Part shown: piece by piece, positions 36,120-50,700 of the stretch
Position numbering within the stretch: position 1 is the stretch's first letter
Layout of the letters: each line of letters begins with the position of its first letter
Source: Laetmonice hystrix
Lineage: Eukaryota
NCBI GenBank assembly: GCA_965235115.1
Contig: OZ249440.1
Location: 13,206,001 to 13,270,000 of the forward strand
DNA length: 64,000 nt
Reading direction: 5' to 3'
Program-made: the position numbers and the translations under genes
The notes under the pieces: generated by a model
Told to the model about the DNA's origin: nothing
The model's input: the letters and a program-made list of their open reading frames with translations, nothing else
Databases searched by the model: none

Positions 36120-38588
36120 TTTATATATCTTTTCTACTTGACAGATGATGATATAGGAAAGATGGCCATGAACAGTAGGCACTAATAAATCATGTTTCCT
36201 GCGATGTAAAATCAAAAAGAACCATGATATCGGCTATTGACAGAGAAACTCCCGAGATGGTAAATTCATGAAATCCCTGGGTTCTGAACAAACAACAGAA
36301 CAGATGGCGCCTTACTATTCTATCTCAATAAGTACGTGCACAGAATGTACAGATCAATATGTAAATAAACAAAATGTACCATGTTAATAAAACATGCAGA
36401 CCTACATCAAAGCCCAAGAATAGCCTTGTGCATTCCGTGCCCACCAAGTATAGGATTTACAGATGATCATTTAGTTACTCAGATTTAGAAATATTAAATT
36501 CTGCCATGTGAGTATCGGCAATATCTGGATACATTTGAGTTATTCACATGTTATCCTGTGAGGTGTTAAAACACCGAGCAAGATCTCTTGCATGCGAGAA
36601 CGTGTTGCAAATTTAGGCCAGGGTGATAGGAATTCATATGATACTTCCATCTGTCGACGTAAACGTGCATCGACTATATGGAGATGGGGCGAATATCAGG
36701 TTAACGAATCGATTATCTCACAGGAAACGTTGACCATACATGATTAAAATGACCATTTCCTCTATACAGGCACCTCTACATCCACAATGGTAGCACATGT
36801 ATATATTTACATTCAGAAGCTTCTATATACTGAAACCTACTCGAGTTATTTGATCCAACTGAAGAGAAAGTTAAAAAAACGAAACAAAAACAAAATACAT
36901 TGAACATTGACAGCAGATTCCATCTCCAGTCTTTGCTCAATGTCTGCCAGTATGTTTACAAGCCAGAACTTATTTCCACATTGGGTGTTGTGAATGTGAT
37001 ATATGCCCACAGACTCCGACATACATTTTGTATTTCTATTGCTACATTCTGAATATGTCGATATCAAATAGACTCATTTTACTTTACTCAATTCAAGCCA
37101 GTGACATTATCCTTTTGCTGATTGGGGTGGGGTGGGGGCTGGGTGTTTAGGAAAGTGATAGGTGGAAAGTGAAGTATTTTCCCAAAACCATGACATGATC
37201 TTCACACCATTCAGAAGGATAAACTTGCTTAATAACCCCACCCCTTTGTCTCGTCTTGAAAATGTGCCCAGGAGGCCTGAACCACTTCGCCATCGCATGG
37301 CATGGACTTTATATACAATGGGACGTGGATACCGATTAAAGCACGTCATACTCTCATCATGAACCTGGAGAGACCGACGTTTTCTGAATGTGCCCTCGCT
37401 GGCAGAGACACGTGGGACGACATACTTTGATATCTATAGATTTTATTGCTGATGTTATTGCGTGTAAAATCCCACAATACAATCATGAAGATGCGTGCAG
37501 ATACTGGGAGAATACAACATGATCAACCTACAATGATACGACTCGACTGCAACAGTCAGCAACGGCTGTCTGACATCGACCCACATAGTTTGCTTTTCTG
37601 ATAAACTAACAGAATTTCGATTTTGAATCTTATACATTGTTTGATAACGATTTATGTTTTGCTAAGCCTAAATCATAAAAACCATAAAAAAGCCAATTGA
37701 AACATAGTCTTTAATAGACCCTAAAAACTGTGACTCGACTGAAGCCAATAGACGACAAGGGCAGGACATGTTCCGACTTACCCTTATAATGTTGACTAGA
37801 TGACCCTCGAGGTGATTCCATCTAAAGCCTGAGTGTATCTGCCTAGGTGGCTCCTAACATTGCGCTGTGAAATGTAGAATCCGTCCCCCTGAGATATAAA
37901 ATATTGGTTGGTAATGTTTCTGCTAGATCAGGTTTCCACAGGCCTTAACGAGGCAAGCGTGGCATTTGCCATTGTCGCTGCACCGCGGTGCCTATAATAA
38001 ATGTGGGGCATAGGCAGTTTTATAATTACTTTCTGTCAGCACCATATCGGCTATATTTCGGGCGACAATGTCAGCTTTATAACTTATTCAGTCTGACTTA
38101 TTGTTTCCCCGAGTCCCAGAAGTGCATGATAACGAGGATGAAGTGAGAAAGAAAACCAGACACCGGGAGGAAATTACTTCTCTTTTCGAAGAAAAGACGA
38201 AATGCCCAGTCAGTTATATACTATATACGTTTTGACAACCCATGGCCCCCTTCCCCCTGCCCCCTGTTCCGAAACCCCTGTATTATAAGGTGGTTTAAAT
38301 CGACAAGGACCCTAAACCCCAGAACCTATTAAGTTGTGGGACGGCAGCTGTTGGCAGTGTCTCTCCATCACTCAGGGTCCCACGGTAACAGAATGCCAAC
38401 ATTACAATGGACGGTGTTTGGGTTTCAGTTTACTGAGGCGCCCAGCCGACGACTCTTTGTTGTCCCAGATTTAAACGCCTCGAGCACGATGGCGCTGCGA
38501 TCACATCCTAGCTTCTCTAATGTCGTTAGGCGTCATATTCCAACATAAATACAACCAGCAGATCAGAAAGTATGGCAAGAAAAAGACG

Positions 38589-40913
38589 CTAATAAACGTT
38601 GTCGTAACATGTACACAACCCTATCATATAGCATACACAGACCGTAATAAATGTTGTCGTAACATACACAACCCTATCATATAGCATACACAGACCCTAA
38701 TAACCCTTGTCATAACCCTATCATATAGCATACACAGACCCTAATAAACCTTGTCATAACATACACAACCCTATCATATAGCATACACAGACCTAATAAA
38801 CCTTGTCGTAACATACACAACCCTATCATATAGCATACACAGACCCTAATAAACCTTGTCGTAACATACACAACCCTATCATTATAGCATACACAGACCC
38901 TAATAAACCTTGTCATAGCATACACAACCCTATCATATAGCATACACAGACCCTAATAAACCTTGTCATAACATACACAACCCTATCATATAGCATACAC
39001 AGACCTAATAAACCTTGTCATAACCCTATCATATAGCATACACAGACCTTAATAAACGTTGTCGTAGCATACACAACCCTATCATATAGCATACACAGAC
39101 CCTAATAAACCTTGTCGTAACATACACAACCCTATCATATAGCATACACAGACCCTAATAAACCTTGTCATAACATACACAACCCTATCATTATAGCATA
39201 CACAGACCCTAATAAACCTTGTCATAACATACACAACCCTATCATATAGCATACACAGACCTAATAAACCTTGTAACATACACAACCCTATCATATAGCA
39301 TACACAGACCCTAATAAACCTTGTCGTAACATACACAACCCTATCATATAGCATACACAGACCCTAATAAACCTTGTCGTAACATACACAACCCTATCAT
39401 ATAGCATACACAGACCCTAATAAACCTTGTCGTAACATACACAACCCTATCATATAGCATACACAGACCTAATAAACGTTGTCGTAACATACACAACCCT
39501 ATCATATAGCATACACAGACCCTAATAAACCTCGTCGTAACATACACAACCCTATCATGATAGCATACACAGACCCTAATAAACCTTGTCATAACATACA
39601 CAACCCTATCATATAGCATACACAGACCTAATAAACCTTGTCATAACATACACAACCCTATCATATAGCATACACAGACCCTAATAAACCTTGTAACATA
39701 CACAACCCTATCATATAGCATACACAGACCCTAATAAACCTTGTCATAACATACACAACCCTATCATATAGCATACACAGACCCTAATAAACCTTGTCAT
39801 AACATACACAACCCTATCATATAGCATACACAGACCCTAATAAACCTTGTCATAACATACACAACCCTATCATATAACATACACAGACCCTAATAAACCT
39901 TGTCATAACATACACAACCCTATCATATAGCATACACAGACCTAATAAACCTTGTCGTAACATACACAACCTTATCATAATAGCATACACAGACCCTAAT
40001 AAACCTTGTCGTAACATACACAACCCTATCATATAGCATACACAGACCCTAATAAACCTTGTCGTAACATACACAACCCTATCATATAGCATACACAGAC
40101 CCTAATAAACGTTGTCGTAACATACACAACCCTATCATATAGCATACACAGACCCTAATAAACCTTGTCATAGCATACACAACCCTATCATATAGCATAC
40201 ACAGACCGTAATAAACGTTGTCGTAACATACACAACCCTATCATATAGCATACATAGACCCTAATAAACGTTGTCGTAACATACACAACCCTATCATATA
40301 GCATACACAGACCCTAATAAACCTTGTCATAACATACACAACCCTATCATATAGCATACACAGACCCTAATAAACGTTGTCATAACATACACAACCCTAT
40401 CATATAGCATACACAGACCCTAATAAACGTTGTCGTAACATACACAACCCTATCATATAGCATACACAGACCCTAATAAACCTTGTCATAACATACACAA
40501 CCCTATCATTATAGCATACACAGACCCTAATAAACGTTGTCGTAACATACACAACCCTATCATATAGCATACACAGACCTAATAAACCTTGTCATAACAT
40601 ACACAAACCTATCATATAGCATACACAGACCCTAATAAACGTTGTCGTAACATACACAACCCTATCATATAGCATACACAGACCCTAATAAACCTTGTCG
40701 TAACATACACAACCCTATCATATAGCATACACAGACCCTAATAAACGTTGTCGTAACATACACAACCCTATCATATAGCATACACAGACCTAATAAACGT
40801 TGTCATAGCATACACAACCCTATCATATAGCATACACAGACCCTAATAAACGTTGTCGTAACATACACAACCCTATCATATAGCATACACAGACCCTAAT
40901 AAACCTTGTCATA
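38589..40913 (+). repeat. About 53-bp minisatellite, about 44 copies with length variants
   Basis: Unit CCCTAATAAACCTTGTCGTAACATACACAACCCTATCATATAGCATACACAGA; looks like an old dimer, since each half has CCCTA...CATACACA. Confidence 0.98.
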
Positions 40914-42680
40914 TACCCGGGGCCTCATGGCTTGCGTGATATCCAGTCATTAAATTTCCGTGTTTAAATGAACAGAAACTGGGTAACGCCTTCCGAGAGA
41001 ATGGGACGAGGGCTCTGTGAAAGTTGTCCTCAATAATACCTTCTGTCAAGCCACATGTATTGCCCGTGAACGGATCTAATGCCTGATTTTTTAACGGCCA
41101 ATAAGTCTCTAGAAAGGATCACTTCACCAAACGGTATAAATACACCAGCAAAGGGTCCTCATTCTATACGGATATCTTCACAATACATTTCCATAATGTA
41201 TGGGTGGCTACAACGGGGGGAATCAGTGGGAATCTCTGTACAGCAGGAACAGTGGATTGCCCCAGAGAACCCTTTGAAAAACCTATCAGAAGTGAACACC
41301 CGTCAAATGGAACCATTAAGAATATTAAATTTTATGGTGCATTTAATTTGGTTGAAATTATCACCAAGATTGACTGTTTTATTTGCACGGTATCACTGCC
41401 ATGTGACTGCTTCCAATTAAAGTAAGCGTCGGTAACGGTATGAGCTTCGGCGGTGGTGCGAACACGATTCAATGGCTGTCGAAATGTGGCAACCGTCAAA
41501 GTATTAACAGCAAAATAAGTAGTCTATATTGTATCTTATGTTATCTTCCTTGTAGTCAAAATATGGAAAGTGCCAGTGCCATTCGGGGGGGGGGGGGGGA
41601 GGTAACTAATAAATTACGCTCGGCTGTTCCAACAGCAGCCCCCCCCCCCTAGTTTGCTACAACTTTGTGAGCACCGTGTAGACAAAAATGGGGGTAGGGT
41701 GACCATTAAAACCGCCCCGTCTTGTTTGCTGTTGGCTCTTTGCCTCAAATTAGAAATAATCCAAGCGCATATAATAAACATGTAGTAAAACGGAATTCGG
41801 CTCCTTCACCGCGGGAAAGTATGGAACCCGATGCCCGCGCATGAATACGGCACGCCACGATGGAGTGCCGTATTCATGCACCAGGCAGTGAAGGACCCTC
41901 ATCCCGTAATGTCAAACTTTTATCGGGCGACTTTGTCGGCCGATCCTGTAAATCGGTCAATTGTGTAGGCCTATACGTGTTTTTGTGCGGCAACGAGTTC
42001 TTGATCACACAGCTGCGCTTAGCTGTAATTCACGAAGCAAATAGTATTGTCCAATAGAAGAACGCAACCAACCAATTATATATTTGATATATATTCTATT
42101 AAGAACATGCCAGGGTATAGTGGTAATTTTTATGGGAACTTTTGATGAGATCAGGACACTGTGAGTGAGATGATACTGTGCAGGCACGAGTGGTTGCGGA
42201 GACACAGAGCCAGTGGCAGGCCCAATCTCCACTCTCGTCTTCACGGAGGCCAGCTTACCACACCACCTCGAACTGAGGTCCCCCGTGAGGTGGAATCGAT
42301 ACGTTACTCTGTAAACCCCGGGTCGACTTTAACACACCCAGCTACTGCGATAGAATCCCAACTCACCCACAAAAAGAGGTTCTTTACGATGCTGATATAG
42401 CGGCTGTGTCTCCCGTTGACTTTGATCTTTTTATATGGATGTACTTTGGGTTTTCTTTGCTTCAAGATAATGTTCTTTAACAACCCTGCCAACCTTTCTT
42501 CTCTTCATGGACATGGCCAATATTGACACCCATAAAAATGATATTTGTCTCCCCCAACAGCTGCTATCGGCAAGTCTTTAGGGGATCCTGGTTAACACTA
42601 TCAGTATGAGGTTCACAGTCCCGCTTGATCCTTTTAAACGTGCCCCGGGATTATTTAGTGGAAGGAGAAAGAGAATAGGA

Positions 42681-42847
42681 NNNNNNNNNNNNNNNNNNNN
42701 NNNNNNNNNNNNNNNNNNNNNNNNNNNNNNNNNNNNNNNNNNNNNNNNNNNNNNNNNNNNNNNNNNNNNNNNNNNNNNNNNNNNNNNNNNNNNNNNNNNN
42801 NNNNNNNNNNNNNNNNNNNNNNNNNNNNNNNNNNNNNNNNNNNNNNN
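42681..42847. other. Assembly gap (167 N)
   Basis: Run of N. Confidence 1.
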
Positions 42848-43461
42848 ATATAGAACGCCTAATTCAGTTTTCTATCTATCTATCTATCGATTACGACTTG
42901 ACTGTTGGATCAATATAGGGACTGTCATGCAAGTATAATGTATTTAAAGTGTGCTGCTATCATGGTCGTGTGTGCGTGTGGTCAAGACTCGACCAGTTTG
43001 TCCTATGTGTCAGTCCTCCTCGACCTGCATGTATCCATCCCTATCTACCATGGGCAGCCATCTCGGAACGGTCTGAGGATATCAATAAACATCCTTAACG
43101 AGCACTCGACATGCACTCGACTACTTCATGTTTGTTAGTCTATTTTCCTATATCGAACGAAACGGTTGTGGCGGGTTTCATCTCCAAATCAGGGCTCACA
43201 AGTCCAGTGCTTTCCAGTGTCATGCCCATGACCATTGACCTATAGGCGGGTCGTTAGTAGAACATCATCTCCTCACACAAAGGTAGAACGTTCACCCTCA
43301 GACGGGAAGGATGCGATCCACCATGTTGTTCTCCCTTTGCGATTTGCTTACAACATCGCGCCACCGCCTCATTCACCGCCTCATTGGTATCATAGACGTG
43401 CGAACCATATTTTCAATTGGGAGGGGGGGGGGGGGGCGGGGGCAGACTGAGGCATGACCCG

Positions 43462-43631
43462 CAGTGGCGTACCCAGAAATTGGACCCAGTGGGGTGCTGG
43501 AAATAACCAACGTCGTAGGTGCTGCAAATTGCGAGCGGGCTGTGGGCGCACAAAAAAAATAAAATTGGGCAACAAATTGAGGGGGGTGCTTGACTACCCC
43601 CAAGCACCCCCCCTCCCTGGGTACGCCACTG
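43462..43631. mobile_element. 170-bp MITE with 15-bp terminal inverted repeats
   Basis: CAGTGGCGTACCCAG (43462-43476) and CTGGGTACGCCACTG (43617-43631); no exact TSD. Confidence 0.75.
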
Positions 43632-44544
43632 ACCGAAGGAAGGGGGTCAGGGGGGTCGCCCCCCTTGGCAATCAATTAATCAATTTTTCTTTTTCCCCAT
43701 AGAATTTTCTGAAATGACCATGCTGACCCCCTTAGCAAATTCTACCCCTGATCCCCCCCCCCCCCCCGCGCCCTTTACCAGATCCCCCCTGTCATTGCAG
43801 TGCCTTCATAAAATGCATCAACAGCCCCACCAACATTAACAAGTTGGGGGAGGTGGGTAATCGCCGTCTTGCCCCCCCCCCCCCCCCCCCCCCCACCTAT
43901 GGAAATATGTCTGTCTAGCGTGATACGCTGATCGTTGTGGACGATCTGGCTGCTTCTTTCTCGTCTGATTTTACTGACAGACCGAGTCTATATATCATAG
44001 AAACTATCCCAGGAAAATACATGACGGTATTGTCTCTGTCTGCTATAATTTCATGGACACAAGCAGATGTTCGCTACAGTGTTGAGTGAAGAATGATGGC
44101 GGCATCGTTTGGTTGGTGATAACGGAAGTAAACACCAGGCAGTACACGGTTTGTCTGTCTATACACGAAGGTCTGCAATATTGGATTCTCTACCCCCTGC
44201 AGCCAGCCGGCAGGACGCAAGTGTACTTCTCACAATGGTATTATCGGTTCTGTAGAGTTTGTTTAAACACAATGTCTGGCTAGGCTTCCATACAGGTTTG
44301 TGTTATATAATAATTTATCTGCCAGCCTTCCAGCGCCTACTCACATAATTCTCTCCACTTTTCAACATGATTAAAACCATTTAGATTAGCCAGGGGTAAG
44401 ATTAAGCATAATGTGAAAGTATTTCCAATACGTGTGATACGAGTTTTACTGACAGCATCGCTATAACGTTGTACATCCGTAAAACTCCTACATCAGGTTT
44501 GAGCTTGACACCCGCCCACGTGATGTCCTCACGTGTCCCTCCCC

Positions 44545-44716
44545 CACGTGTAGCAGCCCGAGCCTCGTGTATGCATGGTGAACATGTTATGGCAGGCACG
44601 TGTAGCAGCCCGAGCCTCGTGTATGCACGGTGAACATGTTATACGTTACACGGCAGGCACGTGTAGCAGCCCGAGTCTCGTGTATACATGGTGAACATGT
44701 TATACATTACACGGCA
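44545..44716 (+). repeat. Three imperfect tandem copies of a ~46-bp core
   Basis: CACGTGTAGCAGCCCGAGCCTCGTGTATGCATGGTGAACATGTTAT. Confidence 0.9.
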
Positions 44717-44768
44717 GGTAGGACTTCCTCCAGACGTGACCTGGAGTGTGCGGCGTTACGGCACGGCC

Positions 44769-45420
44769 GCCGGCGGTCATCGAGGGGCTGGTGTGGGCCG
44801 GGATGACCGGGATGACCGGGGCGGGCAGGATGGCCGGGTGTGGGCCGGGATAGCCGGGGAGGGTCGGGGGGGCCGGGTGTGGGCCGGGATGACCGGGGCG
44901 GGCAGGATGGCCGGGTGTGGGCCGGGAGGGCCGGGTGTGGGCCGGGATGGGCCGGGTGTGGGCCGGGAGGGCCGGGTGTGGGCCGGGATGACCGGGGCGG
45001 GCAGGGTGGCCGGGGTGGGCCGGGAGGGCCGGGGTGGGCCAGGAGGGCCGGGTGTGGGCCGGGATAGCCGGGGTGGGCCGGGAGGGCCGGGTGTGGGCCG
45101 GGATAGCATAGCTGGAGTGGGCCGAGATAGCCGGGGTGGGCCGGGAGGGCCGGGTGTCGGCCAGGATGTTGCATGGTTGCGTCCACATTGATCACCACCA
45201 ACAAACACCGTTGTATATATCAAACGGATTCCCCGCTCTGAGTTCCGCCATGTACCCACCACCCAGCTCCAACTTCAGACCTCCCGCCATGATCCTCTTC
45301 TCCAGCCCACCTCGCCTTCCCCGGCTGTCCACCCCTCACCGCCGGCCACCTGTACCCACCTGTACCCACCCATCCACCGCCCCTCACCGCCGGCCACCTG
45401 TACCCCCGCCACCCCCGGCC
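44769..45420. repeat. GC-rich element: G-rich tandem arm (to about 45160) and a partly complementary C-rich arm (45305-45420)
   Basis: GGCCGGGTGTG-type repeats on the left; two blocks recur inverted on the right in mirrored order. Confidence 0.6.
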
Positions 45421-45631
45421 CGGGCAGACCGTAGCAGTCGCCAGGAGCCGCCGGGCCTGAGCTCCCGACCGCCCGTTAAGGCGGCGGACCAGGTGCTCCA
45501 ACAGTCCTCCCTAATCATGGACCTTTAGGGCTAATGGGTTTCACTAATTGTGTTCGGAAAATCGAAGGAACGGCGACATTATTAAGTAGTGCAGCTGGAG
45601 GCATGTACTATACTGTAATGTTCAATACTGT

Positions 45632-47765
45632 ACAGAAGGTGGTCAGTAGAACCAAGGTCTCTCCTAGCTCTGTAAGGGCTGATTGAGACAGTGAGACAGT
45701 CTGTAGACAGTGATTGTAACCCAGTCAGGCCAGAAGGCGGTCAGTAGAACCAAAGTCTCTCCTAGCTCTGTAAGGGCTGATTGAGACATTGAGACAGTCT
45801 GTAGACAGTGATTGTAAACCAGTCAGGCCAGAAGGCGGCCAGTAGAACCAAGGTCTCTCCTAGCTCTGTAAGGGCTGATTGAGACATTGAGACAGTCTGT
45901 AGACAGCGATTGTAACCCAGTCAGGACACAGAAGGTGGTCAGTAGAACCAAGGTCTCTCCTAGCTCTGTAAGGGCTGATTGAGACATTGAGACAGTCTGT
46001 AGACAGCGATTGTAAACCAGTCAGGACACAGAAGGTGGTCAGTAGAACAAAGGTCTCTCCTAGCTCTGTAAGGGCTGATTGAGACAGTCTGTAGACAGCG
46101 ATTGTAAACCAGTCAGGACACAGAAGGCGGTCAGTATAACCAAAGTCTCTCCTAGCTCTGTAAGGGCTGATTGAGACATTGAGACAGTCTGTAGACAGTG
46201 ATTGTAAACCAGTCAGGACACAGAAGGCGGTCAGTATAACCAAAGTCTCTCCTAGCTTTGTAATGGCTGATTGAGACATTGAGACAGTCTGTAGACAGCG
46301 ATTGTAAACCAGTCAGGACACAGAAGGCGGTCAGTAGAACCAAAGTCTCTCCTAGCTCTGTAAGGGTTGATTGAGACATTGAGACAGTCTGTAGACAGTG
46401 ATTGTAAACCAGTCAGGACACAGAAGGCGGTCAGTATAACCAAAGTCTCTCCTAGCTCTGTAAGGGCTGATTGAGACATTGAGACAGTCTGTAGACAGTG
46501 ATTGTAAACCAGTCAGGACACAGAAGGCGGTCAGTATAACCAAAGTCTCTCCTAGCTTTGTAATGGCTGATTGAGACATTGAGACAGTCTGTAGACAGCG
46601 ATTGTAAACCAGTCAGGACACAGAAGGCGGTCAGTAGAACCAAAGTCTCTCCTAGCTCTGTAAGGGTTGATTGAGACATTGAGACAGTCTGTAGACAGTG
46701 ATTGTAAACCAGTCAGGACACAGAAGGCGGTCAGTAGAACAAAGGTCTCTCCTAGCTCTGTAAGGGCTGATTGAGACATTGAGACAGTCTGTAGACAGTG
46801 ATTGTAACCCAGTCAGGCCAGAAGGCGGTCAGTAGAACCAGGGTCTCTCCTAGCTCTGTAAGGGCTGATTGAGACATTGAGACAGTCTGTAGACAGTGAT
46901 TGTAACCCAGTCAGGACACAGAAGGCGGTCAGTAGAACCAAGGTCTCTCCTAGCTCTGTAAGGGCTGATTGAGACAGTGAGACAGTCTGGAGACAGCGAT
47001 TGTAAACCAGTCAGGCCAGAAGGCGGTCAGTAGAACAAAGGTCTCTCCTAGCTCTGTAAGGGCTGATTGAGACATTGAGACAGTCTGTAGACATTGATTG
47101 TAAACCAGTCAGGCCAGAAGGCGGTCAGTAGAACCAAAGTCTCTCCTAGCTCTGTAAGGGCTGATTGAGACAGTGAGACAGTCTGTAGACAGTGATTGTA
47201 AACCAGTCAGGACACAGAAGGTGGTCAGTAGAACCAAAGTCTCTCCTAGCTCTGTAAGGGCTGATTGAGACATTGAGACAGTCTGTAGACATTGATTGTA
47301 AACCAGTCAGGCCAGAAGGCGGTCAGTAGAACCAAGGTCTCTCCTAGCTCTGTAAGGGCTGATTGAGACAGTGAGACAGTCTGTAGACAGTGATTGTAAC
47401 CCAGTCAGGCCAGAAGGCGGTCAGTAGAACCAAAGTCTCTCCTAGCTCTGTAAGGGCTGATTGAGACATTGAGACAGTCTGTAGACAGTGATTGTAACCC
47501 AGTCAGGACACAGAAGGTGGTCAGTAGAACAAAGGTCTCTCCTAGCTCTGTAAGGGCTGATTGAGACAGTGAGACAGTCTGTAGACAGTGATTGTAATCC
47601 AGTCAGCCCAGAAGGCGGTCAGTAGAACCAAAGTCTCTCCTAGCTCTGTAAGGGCTGATTGAGACAGTGAGACAGTCTGTAGACAGTGATTGTAAACCAG
47701 TCAGGACACAGAAGGCGGTCAGTAGAACCAAGGTCTCTCCTAGCTCTGTAAGGGTTGATTGAGAC
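45632..47765 (+). repeat. About 100-bp minisatellite, about 21 copies
   Basis: Unit (ACAGAAGGCGGTCAGTAGAACCAAAGTCTCTCCTAGCTCTGTAAGGGCTGATTGAGAC...CCAGTCAGGAC) recurs every 98-100 bp. Confidence 0.98.
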
Positions 47766-50700
47766 CGTAGTACGTGTTTTTAAACCAGTCACAGAACCTC
47801 CATGGGCGTGTCCTCCAGGCGTGGAACACAGAGTATCTCAATTTACTACAAATGACAGAGTTTAGTGTTGTCACCTCTCCCTGCCACCACTTTATTCCGA
47901 TTAGTCTAGCCTTTCACTCTGACGGTGTGAAGACATCCCCCACCACCGAGTTCTATAGAATACAGCGAGAATCCCAGCTGACATGGCACGTTCGCTATCT
48001 TCTATTTCAAAGTTCAATAAAGCTTCCATTTTCCCGATCTTGTCAGAGATGCGAGATTCAGCGATATACGAGGACGGTGAGAGGTCCGCTGTTACAAAGG
48101 CATCCCATTGGTGATCATCTATACGCATAGCGGTAGGGCATTTGCTATTAACCTAATTAACAAACAAGAAGGAAATGGCGTTTCACCCCGCACTAAAGTA
48201 AAAAGACCCCACTATCTAGCCTCTGTTTCAGGAGGTTTCCTACTCCCAGCTTGATCAAATGCTCTATTAGAATCGTTATAACAGTGGACCTATGGTCACA
48301 GAGGATGTAGTACGACCGCTAGAGTACGGCCGGTTGTCACCTATCAGGCCTCCTATTCCTGTGTGGCCTGTTAACATGGTTCTGCACTGCAGAAATTACT
48401 CTGTAGAAAGTCTTAATGAGGATCATTGAAGGCGGGGGGGGGGGACTACGACATTTTCTTGCACATCTATCGATTGTATTTTGATCATACTGATACGCAC
48501 TTTTCATTATGAAAAATTGTAAGGCTTTCTATACAATCTAGCATCTTGCCCCCGTAAAAACAGACGACCTGTTGTCCAATAGCCTATCAGCCAGCCAATA
48601 TGTAACACTGTATACCACCCAGACGATCCCGCCTGTACTAGTGGTGTATTCATATTGAATACTTATTAAAATCGACGCCAGTGCTGCCGGATGCCAGAAG
48701 GCTAACCCCATCTCCTATTCCTCTAGTAGCCTGATCTACAGAAAACAGTAGGGCCATCTATTGCAGTAGCTGCAAGCGAAACATTACCGCTATATATAGT
48801 TCTTTTTCTACATTTGAACGTTGTTCGTCTTTGGTGGACAACATTACCTCAAAAGTTCACTCTCTCCTAAACGGAACATCATTAAGAGCATATTAACGTA
48901 TGTTTTATATTTCAGTGTAATTATAGTCATGCCTCTGGTTACAGTATATCCTTTCTCACCGGCTGAGGCGTTCATTATTGTATCCCATTATACTCTACTT
49001 CTCACCGAGTTTGCCATTAACTCCAGTCGAGCTCTATTTTCTCGAATGCATTGAAAATAGCCTGAATGGGGGTGAACAAAAACTAAAAAAGGGCCAGCAT
49101 TGGAAACCAATATCTGTTTTTTACCAGTCCACAAAACGATAGACGCTAGTCCTTCGAGGTCTCAATGCATGTTTTCGTTCACCAGAATTGTCTGACGCTG
49201 TTTTAAATACACCCATTAGGTAAACGTTAATTGCCGCTGCAGACATGCCGGATGGACTCCTCGGTTCCGTCGGGACCGCCATTAGTTGAACAATTGCAGA
49301 CTGTTATGACGGCTGATTCTCAGCCAAACTCTCCCTCGAGAAATATCTAGTTTTGTTACAAATGGCAGGCGTGTATTAATTCATATACTGTTTTTAGACA
49401 GACAACTCGTCTACAGAGGCGTCATTGTGCTCACTATCTCCGTGAATTCTGGATTGGTTTTTCTGTTTAATTCACGGATGAAACAGACACATGCGTTTTG
49501 TTAAATCTTACTGTCAAGGAAAAGAATTTCTGTGCAGTTGTTTTCTATCACCCGTCGCCATAGAGCTCTACAATATGCAGTTAGGAAAGTGATCTTAAAG
49601 CTGAGGGACACAAATGTAACTGGAACGGGTTTTTTTTACATTTTCCTTACCTTTTACATGGAAACTACAATTGTGACAGTAAAAAATTGGCTTAACGTCA
49701 TTTCCCCGCAGTTAAATATGAACAGATTTGGGCAAGTTTCAAGTGTTTTTGTGCACATTAACATTAATGAGCACATTAAAGCTAAAGAAAGTTGCGGCTT
49801 GTCTCTACCTAGTGGATTTCAAACGAATCAAGACTATGGCCCCAGAGTAACCGCATAGTGAAGGAGATTGTAGAATGTATAGACCTAGCTTCTACTGGCT
49901 CTGGTACCGTGTAGGTATTGTTGACCTGGTAACCTCAAAACATCACTCCAAACACCGCAAACTGTTGAGTTGCTTCTCTTTTTTCGGAAACACATGACGT
50001 TTATGGAAATATCGATTGACCTAGTCATTAACGTCAAGACGAGACAGCAAAGGGTCCCTGTCGTTTACCCCAGGTCATAATCTCCAGTGATAAGTATGCC
50101 GATACACGGCCGGCCCGGGCCTCCCTGCTCCCGCTGGCTTACTTTAGCATATCCTCGAATTCCCAGTCGCGCAAAACGCGGACAGTTCGTACATTGTGTT
50201 TCCACCGATATTGACGCAACGTGTATGGAAAGCCAGGAATTAATGCTGGTCATATTTCTGAGCCTGCATACTGCCAATATCGGATTCCCAGATGTCATAT
50301 TCTCTCCATCCAAAACGGAGGAATATTAGTTTATGACCTCTGCTGAACCCTTGGGGGTATAAAATATCTGTGCCCTGGAAAAGGGTGTACGAAGAATACC
50401 ACGGCCGAAGCCCGAACGCTTTCTGGGTATTTTAATTTGATTTTTAGCACCCAACCTGAAGCGGCAGGGGTTTGGTCCGTTTGAAGCGGATGGTGCCTAC
50501 ATGAGGGGTGGCATGCATGCCAATGTAGTCTCAATTCATATCCAATATGGTGGCATATGTATTTTTTGAAAGTGCTGATCCACCGCTGCGGATTCCTTAC
50601 GAATTGCTTGCGAATTGCTTCTGGTTGGGTTCGCTGTGCCACAATTGGTGGATCAGCTCCTATTTCTGCCAGCCATGAAGTTTCATGTGGAACTATTTTC

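Noticed and set aside
36846-37067. GIY-YIG-like (GIYHIHNTQCG...DIEQRL, minus) and HRLRHTF recombinase-like (plus) motifs
   Set aside because: The YIG half is absent, the spacing is wrong, and two different motifs on opposite strands of one short stretch point to chance.
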